From Myxococcota bacterium (GTDB lineage Bacteria; Myxococcota_A; UBA796; UBA2385): a stretch of DNA of 64,000 nt. The notes under the pieces are model-generated. The model saw only the letters and a program-made list of their open reading frames with translations. It was not told the DNA's origin and did no database searches. The position numbers and the translations under genes were made by a program. The DNA is taken from positions 1-64,000 of the forward strand of contig JBIJDH010000014.1 of NCBI GenBank assembly GCA_044344255.1, written 5' to 3'. Positions 56,126 through 64,000 of this stretch are shown in pieces; position 1 is the first letter of the stretch; every line of letters begins with the position of its first letter.

Positions 56126-58710
56126 ACACCCGGGAGCTCCAGCGAACGACCGCGACCCTCCTGGGGGTCGCGGTTGTTTTTTGGGCGGTCTGGGGGGAGG
56201 CGGCGCGCGCGCTGTCCTTGCCGCTCGACCGCCTCTCCGCGATCACGGAGGTGGAGCTCCAGGCGGCCGCCGCGCTGGAGAGCGGTCCCATCCCGATCTC
56301 GGCGCTCTGGCGCCTCTACAGCACCGTGCTCGGCGTGCGGACCTGGCAGGTGCCCCTCCCGGTGCGGCCGCGGGCCCTCTTCTACTACAAGCCCCCGGAG
56401 GACATGGCGCTGCTCTACCGGAGCGCGGAGGGGAAGCCCTGGACCGCGGCGACCAGCCTCAAGCACTCGCCGGAGCTCCCGGGCTGGTCGGTGAACAAGT
56501 CCTGGACCTTCACGAGCCGGTCTCTTCAGGTGCGTCGCCGGGCCGAGCAGGGGCCCCCCGCCGCCTGGGAGTACGCCGTGCGCTACGGTCGCGCGACCGA
56601 TCGGGAGGGCGCTCTCCGACCGACCGAGGCCGATGTTCGCGATCCGGACTTTGTCCTGCGCTCGGCCCAGGTGGATGACACGACCCGGCACGGGCTCTAC
56701 CTCCCCGCCCCCGGCCTCGCCCGCTTCGACCTCCAGGTGCCCGAGGGGGCCGTGCTCGAGCTCGACAGCACGCTGCTGCCCCCCGAGGCCGCCGACCCGG
56801 CCACCGCCTCGGACGGGGCCACGCTCGTCGTCGAGCTCCGAAAGGGGGACACCACCGTGGAGCTCGCCCGGCGCGCCCCGCAGGTCCGCCGCACGGATCG
56901 CCTGCGCCTCGACCTCGCCGCCTGGGGTGGGCAGGACGTGTCGATCACGCTCCGCAGTGAGGGCGGCGAGGACACCGACTACGACTACCTCTTCGTCGCC
57001 GACCCGATCATCCGCCAGCCCGAGGCCGACCCCCAGCGGGTGGTGATCCTCTTCATTGACACGCTGCGCGCCGACCACCTCTCCCTCTACGGCTACGATC
57101 GGCCCACGTCGCCCAACATCGACGCCTGGGCGGCCGGGGGTACCGCCTTTACGAACGCCCGCTCCGTCGCGCCCTGGACGCTCCCCAGCAGCCGGACCAT
57201 GCTCACGGGCGTTCAGCCGGAGTCTTGGGGGCTGCTCCCGACCTTACAGGAGCGCTTCCGAGAGGCGGGATGGGCCACCGGCTTCTTCGCCGGAAATGTC
57301 TACCTCTCGAGCAACTTCGAGATGGCAGACGGCTGGGGCACGCAGCGCTGCGTGAACTGGCCGGGCGCGGAGGTCGAGGTCAGCCGAGCCCGACGCTTCC
57401 TCCGCGACTACCCCGATCGCTCGGCCTTTGTCGTCGTCCACTTCATGGACATGCACCTCCCCTACCGGGAGCCCCTGTCCTACCGGCGGCGCTTCGCCGG
57501 GGAGCGACCGCCGGCCCTCGCCGCCGACAACTTCCAGCGCACCGACGTCGTCCGCGCCGAGAAGAAGATGGGGCCCGCCGGGAAGGAGTACGTCATGGGC
57601 CGCTACGACAACAGCCTGGCCTACCTCGACGACAGCCTCAGCGGCTTCCTCCGCGAGCTCGGTGAGGACACCACCGTCGTGCTGCTCTCCGATCACGGCG
57701 AGGAGTTCTGGGACCACGGCGGCTTCGAGCACGGCCACACCCTCTACGACGAGCTGCTGCGCATCCCCCTCGTGTTGCGCGGCCCCGGCATCCCGACCGG
57801 CACCTCCGACACGCCCGTGAGCCTGCTCGACGTCGCCCCGACGCTCGCCAAGGCCGCCGGGCTCAGCACCGAGGGGATGACCGGGATCCCCCTCCAAGAC
57901 CTGCTCAACATCAAGGGTTCCGCAGAGATATCCAATAGGCCCCTGTCTTTTGGTAGACCGTTGTACGGGGAACGTCGCTGGGGCGTGATCGACGACGGCA
58001 AGAAGTACACGACCACCGAGGGGGAGCAGGCGCTCTTCGACCTCCGCGCCGATCCCCAGGAGCAGAAGGACATCGCCGCCGACCTCGAAGACCCCACCCC
58101 CTGGGCCCGCCGGATGAGCCAGGGCCTCGGGCGACCGGTCGGGCTCGGCCTCCGCCTCGTCGCAGGCGACGGACGGTTGAAGGGGGATGTGGTCGCCGAG
58201 CTCGACACGCCCGGCGGCTGGGCCGCAGCGGTGGTCGGTGACGATCCGCTGAACGCCAGCGCAGGCGCCGCGGTCATCGAGGGCACCATCGCCCGGCTCA
58301 CCTGGAAGGGTGGCCACAACGACGTCCGCGAGCTCTACGCCGTGCCTGCGCGCCCGATGGCAGAGGCCCTGCCCGAGCTCGTCATCCGGATGATCGGCGG
58401 GGAGACACCGATGGAGCTCAGCCGCGCCTGGTCGGGAGACACCCTCCCGACGATGGACAAGTTCGGCAGCCCCCTCTTCGAGGGTCGGTTCAAGAACCGC
58501 TCCATGAAGGTGACCTGGGCGCTCGTCCCCATCCCGCCCGAGCGGGGCCGGGCCCTCTCCGGGATGGACGGGGAGATGGAGGACGCGCTCAAGGCCCTCG
58601 GGTACATGGACGATCATCCGTCGGACCACGTGGATAAGACCGACAAGTCCGACAAGTCCGTGCCGGCGCCGCGGGGGCCGGCAGGCGTGGCCCCGCCTCC
58701 GGTGCGTTGA
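56122..58710 (+). CDS. sulfatase/alkaline-phosphatase-superfamily protein
   Basis: IDTLRADHL, TSPNID, WTLPS, DMHLPY, SDHGEEF..H...HG.TLY.E. Confidence 0.88.
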   Translation: MNTRELQRTTATLLGVAVVFWAVWGEAARALSLPLDRLSAITEVELQAAAALESGPIPISALWRLYSTVLGVRTWQVPLPVRPRALFYYKPPEDMALLYRSAEGKPWTAATSLKHSPELPGWSVNKSWTFTSRSLQVRRRAEQGPPAAWEYAVRYGRATDREGALRPTEADVRDPDFVLRSAQVDDTTRHGLYLPAPGLARFDLQVPEGAVLELDSTLLPPEAADPATASDGATLVVELRKGDTTVELARRAPQVRRTDRLRLDLAAWGGQDVSITLRSEGGEDTDYDYLFVADPIIRQPEADPQRVVILFIDTLRADHLSLYGYDRPTSPNIDAWAAGGTAFTNARSVAPWTLPSSRTMLTGVQPESWGLLPTLQERFREAGWATGFFAGNVYLSSNFEMADGWGTQRCVNWPGAEVEVSRARRFLRDYPDRSAFVVVHFMDMHLPYREPLSYRRRFAGERPPALAADNFQRTDVVRAEKKMGPAGKEYVMGRYDNSLAYLDDSLSGFLRELGEDTTVVLLSDHGEEFWDHGGFEHGHTLYDELLRIPLVLRGPGIPTGTSDTPVSLLDVAPTLAKAAGLSTEGMTGIPLQDLLNIKGSAEISNRPLSFGRPLYGERRWGVIDDGKKYTTTEGEQALFDLRADPQEQKDIAADLEDPTPWARRMSQGLGRPVGLGLRLVAGDGRLKGDVVAELDTPGGWAAAVVGDDPLNASAGAAVIEGTIARLTWKGGHNDVRELYAVPARPMAEALPELVIRMIGGETPMELSRAWSGDTLPTMDKFGSPLFEGRFKNRSMKVTWALVPIPPERGRALSGMDGEMEDALKALGYMDDHPSDHVDKTDKSDKSVPAPRGPAGVAPPPVR

Positions 58711-58736
58711 CAGGCCCCACACCGGGGCGGTACACT
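58707..58736 (+). promoter_or_regulatory. sigma70 promoter of the metal uptake operon
   Basis: TTGACA-N18-TACACT, 6 nt before GTG 58743. Confidence 0.75.
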
Positions 58737-58742
58737 GCGACC

Positions 58743-59171
58743 GTGCGATCGGCCTGCCCCCTCCCCCGCCTCCTCCGCCTGAGCCGGCTGCGGCATCGGC
58801 GAGCGCCGCTGGTGACGCTGGTCGTGACGGCCTGCTTGTGGCTCATCGGCCTCAGCGCCCAGGTGTGGCATCAGGCCGCCGTCGAGCACGTCATCTGCCC
58901 GGCACACGGTGAGGTCGTCGAGATCGGCGAGTACACCGAGCACGACCACGCAGACGAGGCCGGCTGGCGCGCCGCGGCGCTCGACGCCGGAGATCATGCC
59001 GACGACTGCACCCTCTCTGGTGCCTCACCGCTGCTCGGCGGCCTGAGGGGGCCGACGCTGGTCCTGTGCCCGTCGTTCGAGGCCCCCCTGCCGGCCGTCT
59101 CTGCGCTCGCCCCTCCCCGCGCGCCGCCGATCGGGTACGCGCCCAAGACCTCGCCGCCCCGCTCGAGCTGA
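58743..59171 (+). CDS. His/Cys-rich leader protein (DUF2946/CutF/CruR-like) with RAPP and APKTSPP motifs
   Basis: Hydrophobic N-segment, HVICPAH, HDH, DH..DC, PPRAPP..APKTSPP near the stop. Confidence 0.7.
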   Translation: MRSACPLPRLLRLSRLRHRRAPLVTLVVTACLWLIGLSAQVWHQAAVEHVICPAHGEVVEIGEYTEHDHADEAGWRAAALDAGDHADDCTLSGASPLLGGLRGPTLVLCPSFEAPLPAVSALAPPRAPPIGYAPKTSPPRSS

Positions 59172-59240
59172 AGCCCAGTCCCGCCGCGCCCCCCACCGGG
59201 GGGCACGGTCTATCCTTGGTCTCTGTCTCGAGGTTTCCCC

Positions 59241-60377
59241 ATGTTCCTCCTCTTCATCGGGGGGCTCCTGGGCGTGGGCTCCGCCCTCGCGCAGGAGGGC
59301 GGCATGCCCTCCGCTGGCGCCGCGCCCCAGTCCATGAACCCCGACATCGCGCTCATCGCCGACGTCGCCGCGGCGTGGTTCTCCGCCGACGAGCCCATGC
59401 AAGGCGGCGGGCATGACCCGACCGCCAACGGCTTCAACCTTCAGCAGCTCGAGCTGTCGGTCGGCAAGCCGGTTGACCCCTTCTTCCGCTTCGACGCCAA
59501 CATCGTCTTCAGCCTCTATGGCGTGGAGATCGAGGAGGTCTACGCGACGACGCTGGGGCTCCCGGCCCGCACCCAGCTCCGGGCGGGGCAGCTCCTCACC
59601 CGCTTTGGGCGAGGTAACCCCACCCATCCGCACGCCTGGGACTTCGCAGACCAGCCCTTCCCGATCGGGCGAGTCTTCGGCGGAGAGGGCAACCGCGGCC
59701 TCGGGGTCGAGGGCTCGATCCTGGTGCCCACGCCCTGGTTCGCCGAGCTCATCGTCTCCGAGACCGGCGCCGCCGGCGAATCGACGGCGCGCAGCTTCTA
59801 CGGCGCGGACGACCAAGGCGTGGAGACCCCCGCCGACCTGCAGAGCACGGTGGCCCTCAAGCAGTTCTTCCCGATCGGGGATGACCTGTCGCTCAACTGG
59901 GGCCTCTCCTTCGCAGGCGGGCCCAACCCGAGCGGGCGCGGCAACCGCTCGGAGGTCTACGGCTCCGACCTGTACCTGAAGTACCGGCCGATCTCCCGGG
60001 GGGCCTCCACCTACGCCTCGCTGACGAGCGAGTGGTTCCTCCGCCGCCGTCAGCTCCCCGGAGACGTGCTGCAAGACCTCTCCGGCTACACCCAGCTCGC
60101 CTGGAAGTTCAGCCAGCGGTGGGGGCTCTCCGCGCGACACGAGATCGGCCTGCCCGCCACCGGCGAGGACGGCGAGATCGCGGCCGACAACCTCGATCCG
60201 GAGTGGACCGACACCCGCCAGCGGGTGAGCGCCGCCACCACCTTCTGGCCCTCTGAGTTCTCGCGGGTCCGCCTCCAGGGTTCGGCCAACATGCCAGGTT
60301 GGATGCCCGTTCCAGAGTACGCCGCCTTCCTCACTTTCGAGTTCGCCGTGGGTGCCCACGGCGCGCACGCCTTCTAG
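59241..60377 (+). CDS. outer-membrane metal receptor/porin (zinc-regulated receptor type)
   Basis: MNPDIALI.D, GGHDP, ELSVG..VDPFF, FGRGNPTHPHAWDF, PSEFSRVRLQ, C-terminal GAHGAHAF. Confidence 0.85.
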   Translation: MFLLFIGGLLGVGSALAQEGGMPSAGAAPQSMNPDIALIADVAAAWFSADEPMQGGGHDPTANGFNLQQLELSVGKPVDPFFRFDANIVFSLYGVEIEEVYATTLGLPARTQLRAGQLLTRFGRGNPTHPHAWDFADQPFPIGRVFGGEGNRGLGVEGSILVPTPWFAELIVSETGAAGESTARSFYGADDQGVETPADLQSTVALKQFFPIGDDLSLNWGLSFAGGPNPSGRGNRSEVYGSDLYLKYRPISRGASTYASLTSEWFLRRRQLPGDVLQDLSGYTQLAWKFSQRWGLSARHEIGLPATGEDGEIAADNLDPEWTDTRQRVSAATTFWPSEFSRVRLQGSANMPGWMPVPEYAAFLTFEFAVGAHGAHAF

Positions 60378-60389
60378 TTCGGAGCGCCC

Positions 60390-61301
60390 ATGCGTCCTGC
60401 TCTGCTCTCCTTCTTTTTGCTCCTCGCCGGCCTCGTCCTCCCCCGATCGGCCTACGCCACGCTCAAGGTGGTCACCACGACCTCGGACCTCGCGGCCATC
60501 GCCCAGGAGGTCGGTCAGGACCGGATCAAGGTCACGGCCCTGGCCCTCGCCAGCCAGGACCCCCACTTCGTCGACGCTCGACCGAACCTCGCCCTGCAGC
60601 TCTCGAAGGCGGACCTGCTGCTCGTGGTCGGCCTCGACCTCGAGATCGGGTGGCTCCCGGTGCTCCAGTCCGGCTCGCGCAACCCCGCGATCCAGAAGGG
60701 CAGCAAGGGCTACCTCGACTGCTCGACGCTCGTGCGGCTCCTCGAGGTGCCCACCACCCAGATCGACCGTTCGATGGGCGACATTCACCCCGGCGGCAAC
60801 CCGCACTACCTCTATGACCCCCGCAACGCGGTCTCCCTCTCCCTCGGCCTCGCTCGAAAGTTCGGTGAGCTCGACCCCAACAACGCGGCCGCCTACACCG
60901 CCGCGGCGCAAGACTTCATCCGCCGCCTCGGCGAAGCGCGCACCGGCTGGGAGGCCGCGCTCGCCCCCCTCAAAGGCGCGCCCACCGTGGGCTTCCACAA
61001 GTCGTTCCCCTACCTCGCCGACTGGGTCGGCCTCGACATGATCGAGCACATCGAGCCGAAGCCAGGGATCCCGCCCGCGCCCTCCCATGTCGCCCATGTG
61101 CTCGACGTGATGAGGCAGCGCAACGTGAAGCTGATCATCCAGGAGGCCTACTACGGCGACCCCACCGGCAAGGACCTCGGCGGTCGCACCGGCGCGCACC
61201 TCGCCCTCATCCCGGGGGGCACCGACTTCGCCGGGGGCGAGACCTTCATCCAGCACACGCAGAAGGTGGTCGACACCCTGCTGAAGGGAGGCAAACCATG
61301 A
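60390..61301 (+). CDS. metal ABC transporter substrate-binding protein (ZnuA/TroA family)
   Basis: VVTT, QDPHF, ADLL..VGLDLE.GWL, GNPHYLYDP, FH..F.YL, EPKPGIPP. Confidence 0.92.
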   Translation: MRPALLSFFLLLAGLVLPRSAYATLKVVTTTSDLAAIAQEVGQDRIKVTALALASQDPHFVDARPNLALQLSKADLLLVVGLDLEIGWLPVLQSGSRNPAIQKGSKGYLDCSTLVRLLEVPTTQIDRSMGDIHPGGNPHYLYDPRNAVSLSLGLARKFGELDPNNAAAYTAAAQDFIRRLGEARTGWEAALAPLKGAPTVGFHKSFPYLADWVGLDMIEHIEPKPGIPPAPSHVAHVLDVMRQRNVKLIIQEAYYGDPTGKDLGGRTGAHLALIPGGTDFAGGETFIQHTQKVVDTLLKGGKP

Positions 61302-62128
61302 GGATCGCCCCACCTCTCGCCCTGGCGCTGCTGCTCGGCGCCTGCACCTTCAGCCCCGGACAGGGCTGGGGGACCCTTGAAGAAGCAACCTTCGAGGCGG
61401 CGCTCCGCCCCGGCGAGGCCCGGGACCTCGGCGACGGAGCCTTCCTGGTCCTCCCCGGCTACACCTTCACCGTCGAGGCGGCCACGGCCACCTTCGGCCC
61501 GCTCGAGCTCCTGGAGCTCCAGGGTGGGGGCGGAGGCGGGGGAGCCTTCGACCCCGCGGACCCTCCGGAGGGCTACGGCCTCTGCCATGGCGGGCACTGC
61601 CACGCCGACGACGGCGGCCTCGTGTCCTACGCCGAGATCGAGGCCGAGCTGGCCGGCGGGAGCGCCGCCTTCGTCCCGGTGGTCAGCCTCCCGCTCGAGG
61701 GCGACTTTGACCTCGGCGCACCGGCGCCCCGCGCCCTCGACGCGGGCGATCCCACAGCGGAGCTCGACGCGGCCGACATCGGCCTCATCCGCGTGTCGAT
61801 CGAGCGCCTGCAGATCCGCGGCGCCTTCAGCGGCGGCCCGACCGACGCCGAGCTCAGCGCCCCAGTCGCCGTGACGATCGACCTCACGACGCCCGGCGAC
61901 CTCTCCGCGGGCGTCGAGCTGCCGATCGGCCGGGGTGAGGACCCGCGGATCTCTCTCGCGGCCTCGCTCGAGATCGACGGCACCCTCCTCGACGGCCTCG
62001 ACCCTGCGACCCTCGCCGTCGACGATGCGCTCGTCATCGACGACGCGGACGCACCCGGCGCCACGCTCCTCTTGGAGAACCTCTCCCTCAACGCGCTGCA
62101 GGTCGACATCACCCGCGCCCGAGACTGA
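61298..62128 (+). CDS. acidic lipoprotein with CHGGHCH motif
   Basis: LGAC lipobox; FDPADPPEGYGLCHGGHCHADDG. Confidence 0.8.
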   Translation: MRIAPPLALALLLGACTFSPGQGWGTLEEATFEAALRPGEARDLGDGAFLVLPGYTFTVEAATATFGPLELLELQGGGGGGGAFDPADPPEGYGLCHGGHCHADDGGLVSYAEIEAELAGGSAAFVPVVSLPLEGDFDLGAPAPRALDAGDPTAELDAADIGLIRVSIERLQIRGAFSGGPTDAELSAPVAVTIDLTTPGDLSAGVELPIGRGEDPRISLAASLEIDGTLLDGLDPATLAVDDALVIDDADAPGATLLLENLSLNALQVDITRARD

Positions 62129-62195
62129 GCCCCCTCCTCCCCCCTCCTCTCCTCTGCCCCTACCCGCCCGCTGTTGGGCGCCCTCGGTGAAGTTC

Positions 62196-62705
62196 ATGCT
62201 CCGCCCCCCGACCACCACCCATCCCCTCCTCCTCCCCCTCTTCCCCCTCCTCGCCCTCCTCGCCGCCTGCGCCGACAAGGGCGACTCCGGCGCCGAGGTC
62301 GAGGACCCTCTGTCGCACGCCTGCGAGTACACCGCCGAGCTGGGCAGCGCCGTGACGGCCGGCGCCGACCGCGCCTCCGCCCCCGCCTTCCCGCTCGGAG
62401 AGGAGCCCGCCACGGTCACCCTGGTCCCCGGCGCCACCGGGTACCTCAAGGTCGAGGTCACCGGCGACACCGCGGCGCTGCTCTTCGCGGGCACCGCCGA
62501 TGTCGTGAACGGCCTCTCTCAGGGCGACTCCGCCGCCACCCTCCCCACCGGCGCCCCCAACGAGCGCTGCGCCGACGACATCCCCGAGCACTTCGACCTC
62601 GACTTTCATGAGGCCGGCGACTGGTACATCGAGGTCGGTCCGGCCGCCATCGAGAGCGTCTGGCTGATGCTGACCTCCGCCGAAGGACACACACACGATG
62701 AGTGA
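62196..62705 (+). CDS. lipoprotein with Cys pair and C-terminal HTH(DE) His motif
   Basis: LAAC lipobox; HAC, C..IPEH, ends GHTHDE; overlaps the ATPase start. Confidence 0.75.
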   Translation: MLRPPTTTHPLLLPLFPLLALLAACADKGDSGAEVEDPLSHACEYTAELGSAVTAGADRASAPAFPLGEEPATVTLVPGATGYLKVEVTGDTAALLFAGTADVVNGLSQGDSAATLPTGAPNERCADDIPEHFDLDFHEAGDWYIEVGPAAIESVWLMLTSAEGHTHDE

Positions 62706-63576
62706 CTCACCCATCCAGGGCGCCCTCCTCCGCTGTGAGGGCCTGCTCGTGGGCTACGGCGGCAAGGCCCTGCTCCCTGCGGTCGACCTCGAGATCGCGT
62801 CAGGGGAGTTCTGGTCCGTGATCGGGCGGAACGGCTCGGGAAAGTCGACCTGGTTCCGCACGCTGCTCGGGCTCATCCCGCCGGTGGGCGGTCAAGTCGT
62901 CTGGCCGAACGGCAAGGTCAAGCTCACCTACGTGGCGCAGCGCATCCGCTTCGACGACCTCATCCCCGTGAGCGTCGAGCAGGTGGTGGCCATGGGCCTC
63001 GAGCGCGGCTGGTCCTTCCTCGGTCCTCGACCGAAGATGACCGAGAAGGTGGCCGACGCCCTCGAGGCCGTCAAGGCCGACCACCTCGCCGACCGCACCT
63101 TCCGTTCGCTCTCCGAGGGGCAGAAGCAGCGGGTGCTCCTCGCGCGCATGGTCGCCTCCGGGGCGCAGGTGGCCCTGCTCGACGAGCCCACCGCGGCGAT
63201 GGACGCCGTCGCGGAGCACGAGGCGATGACGCTGCTCTCCGAGCTACGGGCCCGCTACAACATGGCGGTGATCGTAGTCAGCCACCACCTCGAAGAGGCC
63301 CTGGAGCACGCCGATCGCGTGGTCTTCTTCGATCCCGACGCGGGGGTGGTGATCAATGACACGCCGCGGGGCCTGCAAGCGAGGCCCGAGTTCCTCGCCC
63401 GCTACGGCGCACACCTGAACGAGGTTCAAGGGCAGGTCCACCACGGAGAGGTCGGCGGCGGCGCCTCGCACCCTTCGACGCGCTCCCACGGTCACGGCCA
63501 CGGCCACGGTAACAGTCACGGCCACGGCCACGGCCACGGTCCGGGGAAGGGCCCCGGGGAGACGGAGCCCTCATGA
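62698..63576 (+). CDS. metal ABC transporter ATPase (ZnuC-like) with His-Gly tail
   Basis: GRNGSGKST, LSEGQKQRVLLAR, LLDEPT, VSHH; (HG)n tail. Confidence 0.93.
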   Translation: MSDSPIQGALLRCEGLLVGYGGKALLPAVDLEIASGEFWSVIGRNGSGKSTWFRTLLGLIPPVGGQVVWPNGKVKLTYVAQRIRFDDLIPVSVEQVVAMGLERGWSFLGPRPKMTEKVADALEAVKADHLADRTFRSLSEGQKQRVLLARMVASGAQVALLDEPTAAMDAVAEHEAMTLLSELRARYNMAVIVVSHHLEEALEHADRVVFFDPDAGVVINDTPRGLQARPEFLARYGAHLNEVQGQVHHGEVGGGASHPSTRSHGHGHGHGNSHGHGHGHGPGKGPGETEPS

Positions 63577-64000
63577 CGCCAACCCCCACTTGGGAAGACT
63601 TCGTCGGCGCCTTCGACCTCTTCCGCGACCCCATCCTCTGCGGCGTCGCGGCCGGAGCGGTGCTCGGCTACCTCGGCATCTTCATCGTGCTCCGGCGCAT
63701 GGTCTTCGTGGCGGCGACGCTGACGCAGGCCGCAGGCCTGGGGGTAGCCTTGTCGTTCTACTGCGGCATCCATCTCGGGCTGAGCGTGAACCCGATCGTG
63801 GGAGCGATGGCGCTCTGCCTCGCCACCTCGGGCCTGCTGAGCCTGCGGCCGGAGCGTCTGCATCAGTCCCGCGACGCGATCCTCGCCCTGGCTTGGCTGA
63901 TCGCCGGCAGCGCCACGATCCTCGTGGGCGACCGGATCACGCAGGAGGCGCACGACATCGCGGGCATCCTCTTCGGCTCGGGCGTGCTCGTGCGGCCGAT
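63573..64000 (+). CDS. metal ABC transporter permease (ZnuB-like), runs off the window end
   Basis: LG.FIVLRRMVFV.ATL.Q.A.LG; ILFG. Confidence 0.88.
   Translation, partial: MTPTPTWEDFVGAFDLFRDPILCGVAAGAVLGYLGIFIVLRRMVFVAATLTQAAGLGVALSFYCGIHLGLSVNPIVGAMALCLATSGLLSLRPERLHQSRDAILALAWLIAGSATILVGDRITQEAHDIAGILFGSGVLVRP

Noticed and set aside
58714..58728. gcccc-acacc-ggggc palindrome in the promoter spacer as a MerR-type operator
   Set aside because: Only a 5-bp GC stem, spacer is 18 bp rather than 19-20, and no MerR gene nearby; likely chance or a weak hairpin after the sulfatase gene
59025..61313. 762-aa minus-strand ORF
   Set aside because: Antisense shadow of the receptor and SBP genes
1..64000. 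tRNA, rRNA or known riboswitch genes
   Set aside because: None recognised by eye; a covariance-model search would be needed to exclude them

Overview
High-GC bacterial DNA, most likely Myxococcota: it has MYXO-CTERM-like C-termini, FHA-sigma54 regulators, Ser/Thr kinases, GON, CotH and lamin-tail lipoproteins, and the split hemL-atpZIBE F0 operon. All product calls come from motif recognition by eye; no searches were run. (1) 1-7350 is an accessory, defence-like island bounded by a 121-bp direct repeat. It holds a truncated TIR gene, a DUF4062 protein, a YDNWNGG-domain/PD-(D/E)XK nuclease fusion, an AlbA_2/Schlafen protein, an Abi-like fragment and an IS91 remnant. (2) 7360-15020 is a kinase / GON lipoprotein / FHA module. 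(3) 15140-20900 is a second decayed accessory region with IS3 remnants, two copies of a 154-bp inverted-repeat element flanking a membrane gene, and a B12-radical SAM/sugar-transferase operon. (4) 20870-48800 is mostly ordinary: pepF, oxidoreductases, M15 peptidase, CotH/LTD, TolC, GT2/SGNH, atp, hemL, DksA, FHA-sigma54, pseudokinase-PP2C and a tRNA nucleotidyltransferase. (5) 48930-58710 has an Oar-like TonB-dependent receptor operon divergent from a matrixin/sulfatase operon. (6) 58707-64000 is a metal (probably Zn) uptake operon. The most interesting candidate system is this last operon. A near-consensus sigma70 promoter appears to start a leaderless His/Cys-rich leader ORF ending in RAPP...APKTSPP, suggesting a metal-sensing ribosome-arrest peptide. 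It precedes an outer-membrane receptor, ZnuABC-like genes and two uncharacterised His/Cys lipoproteins.
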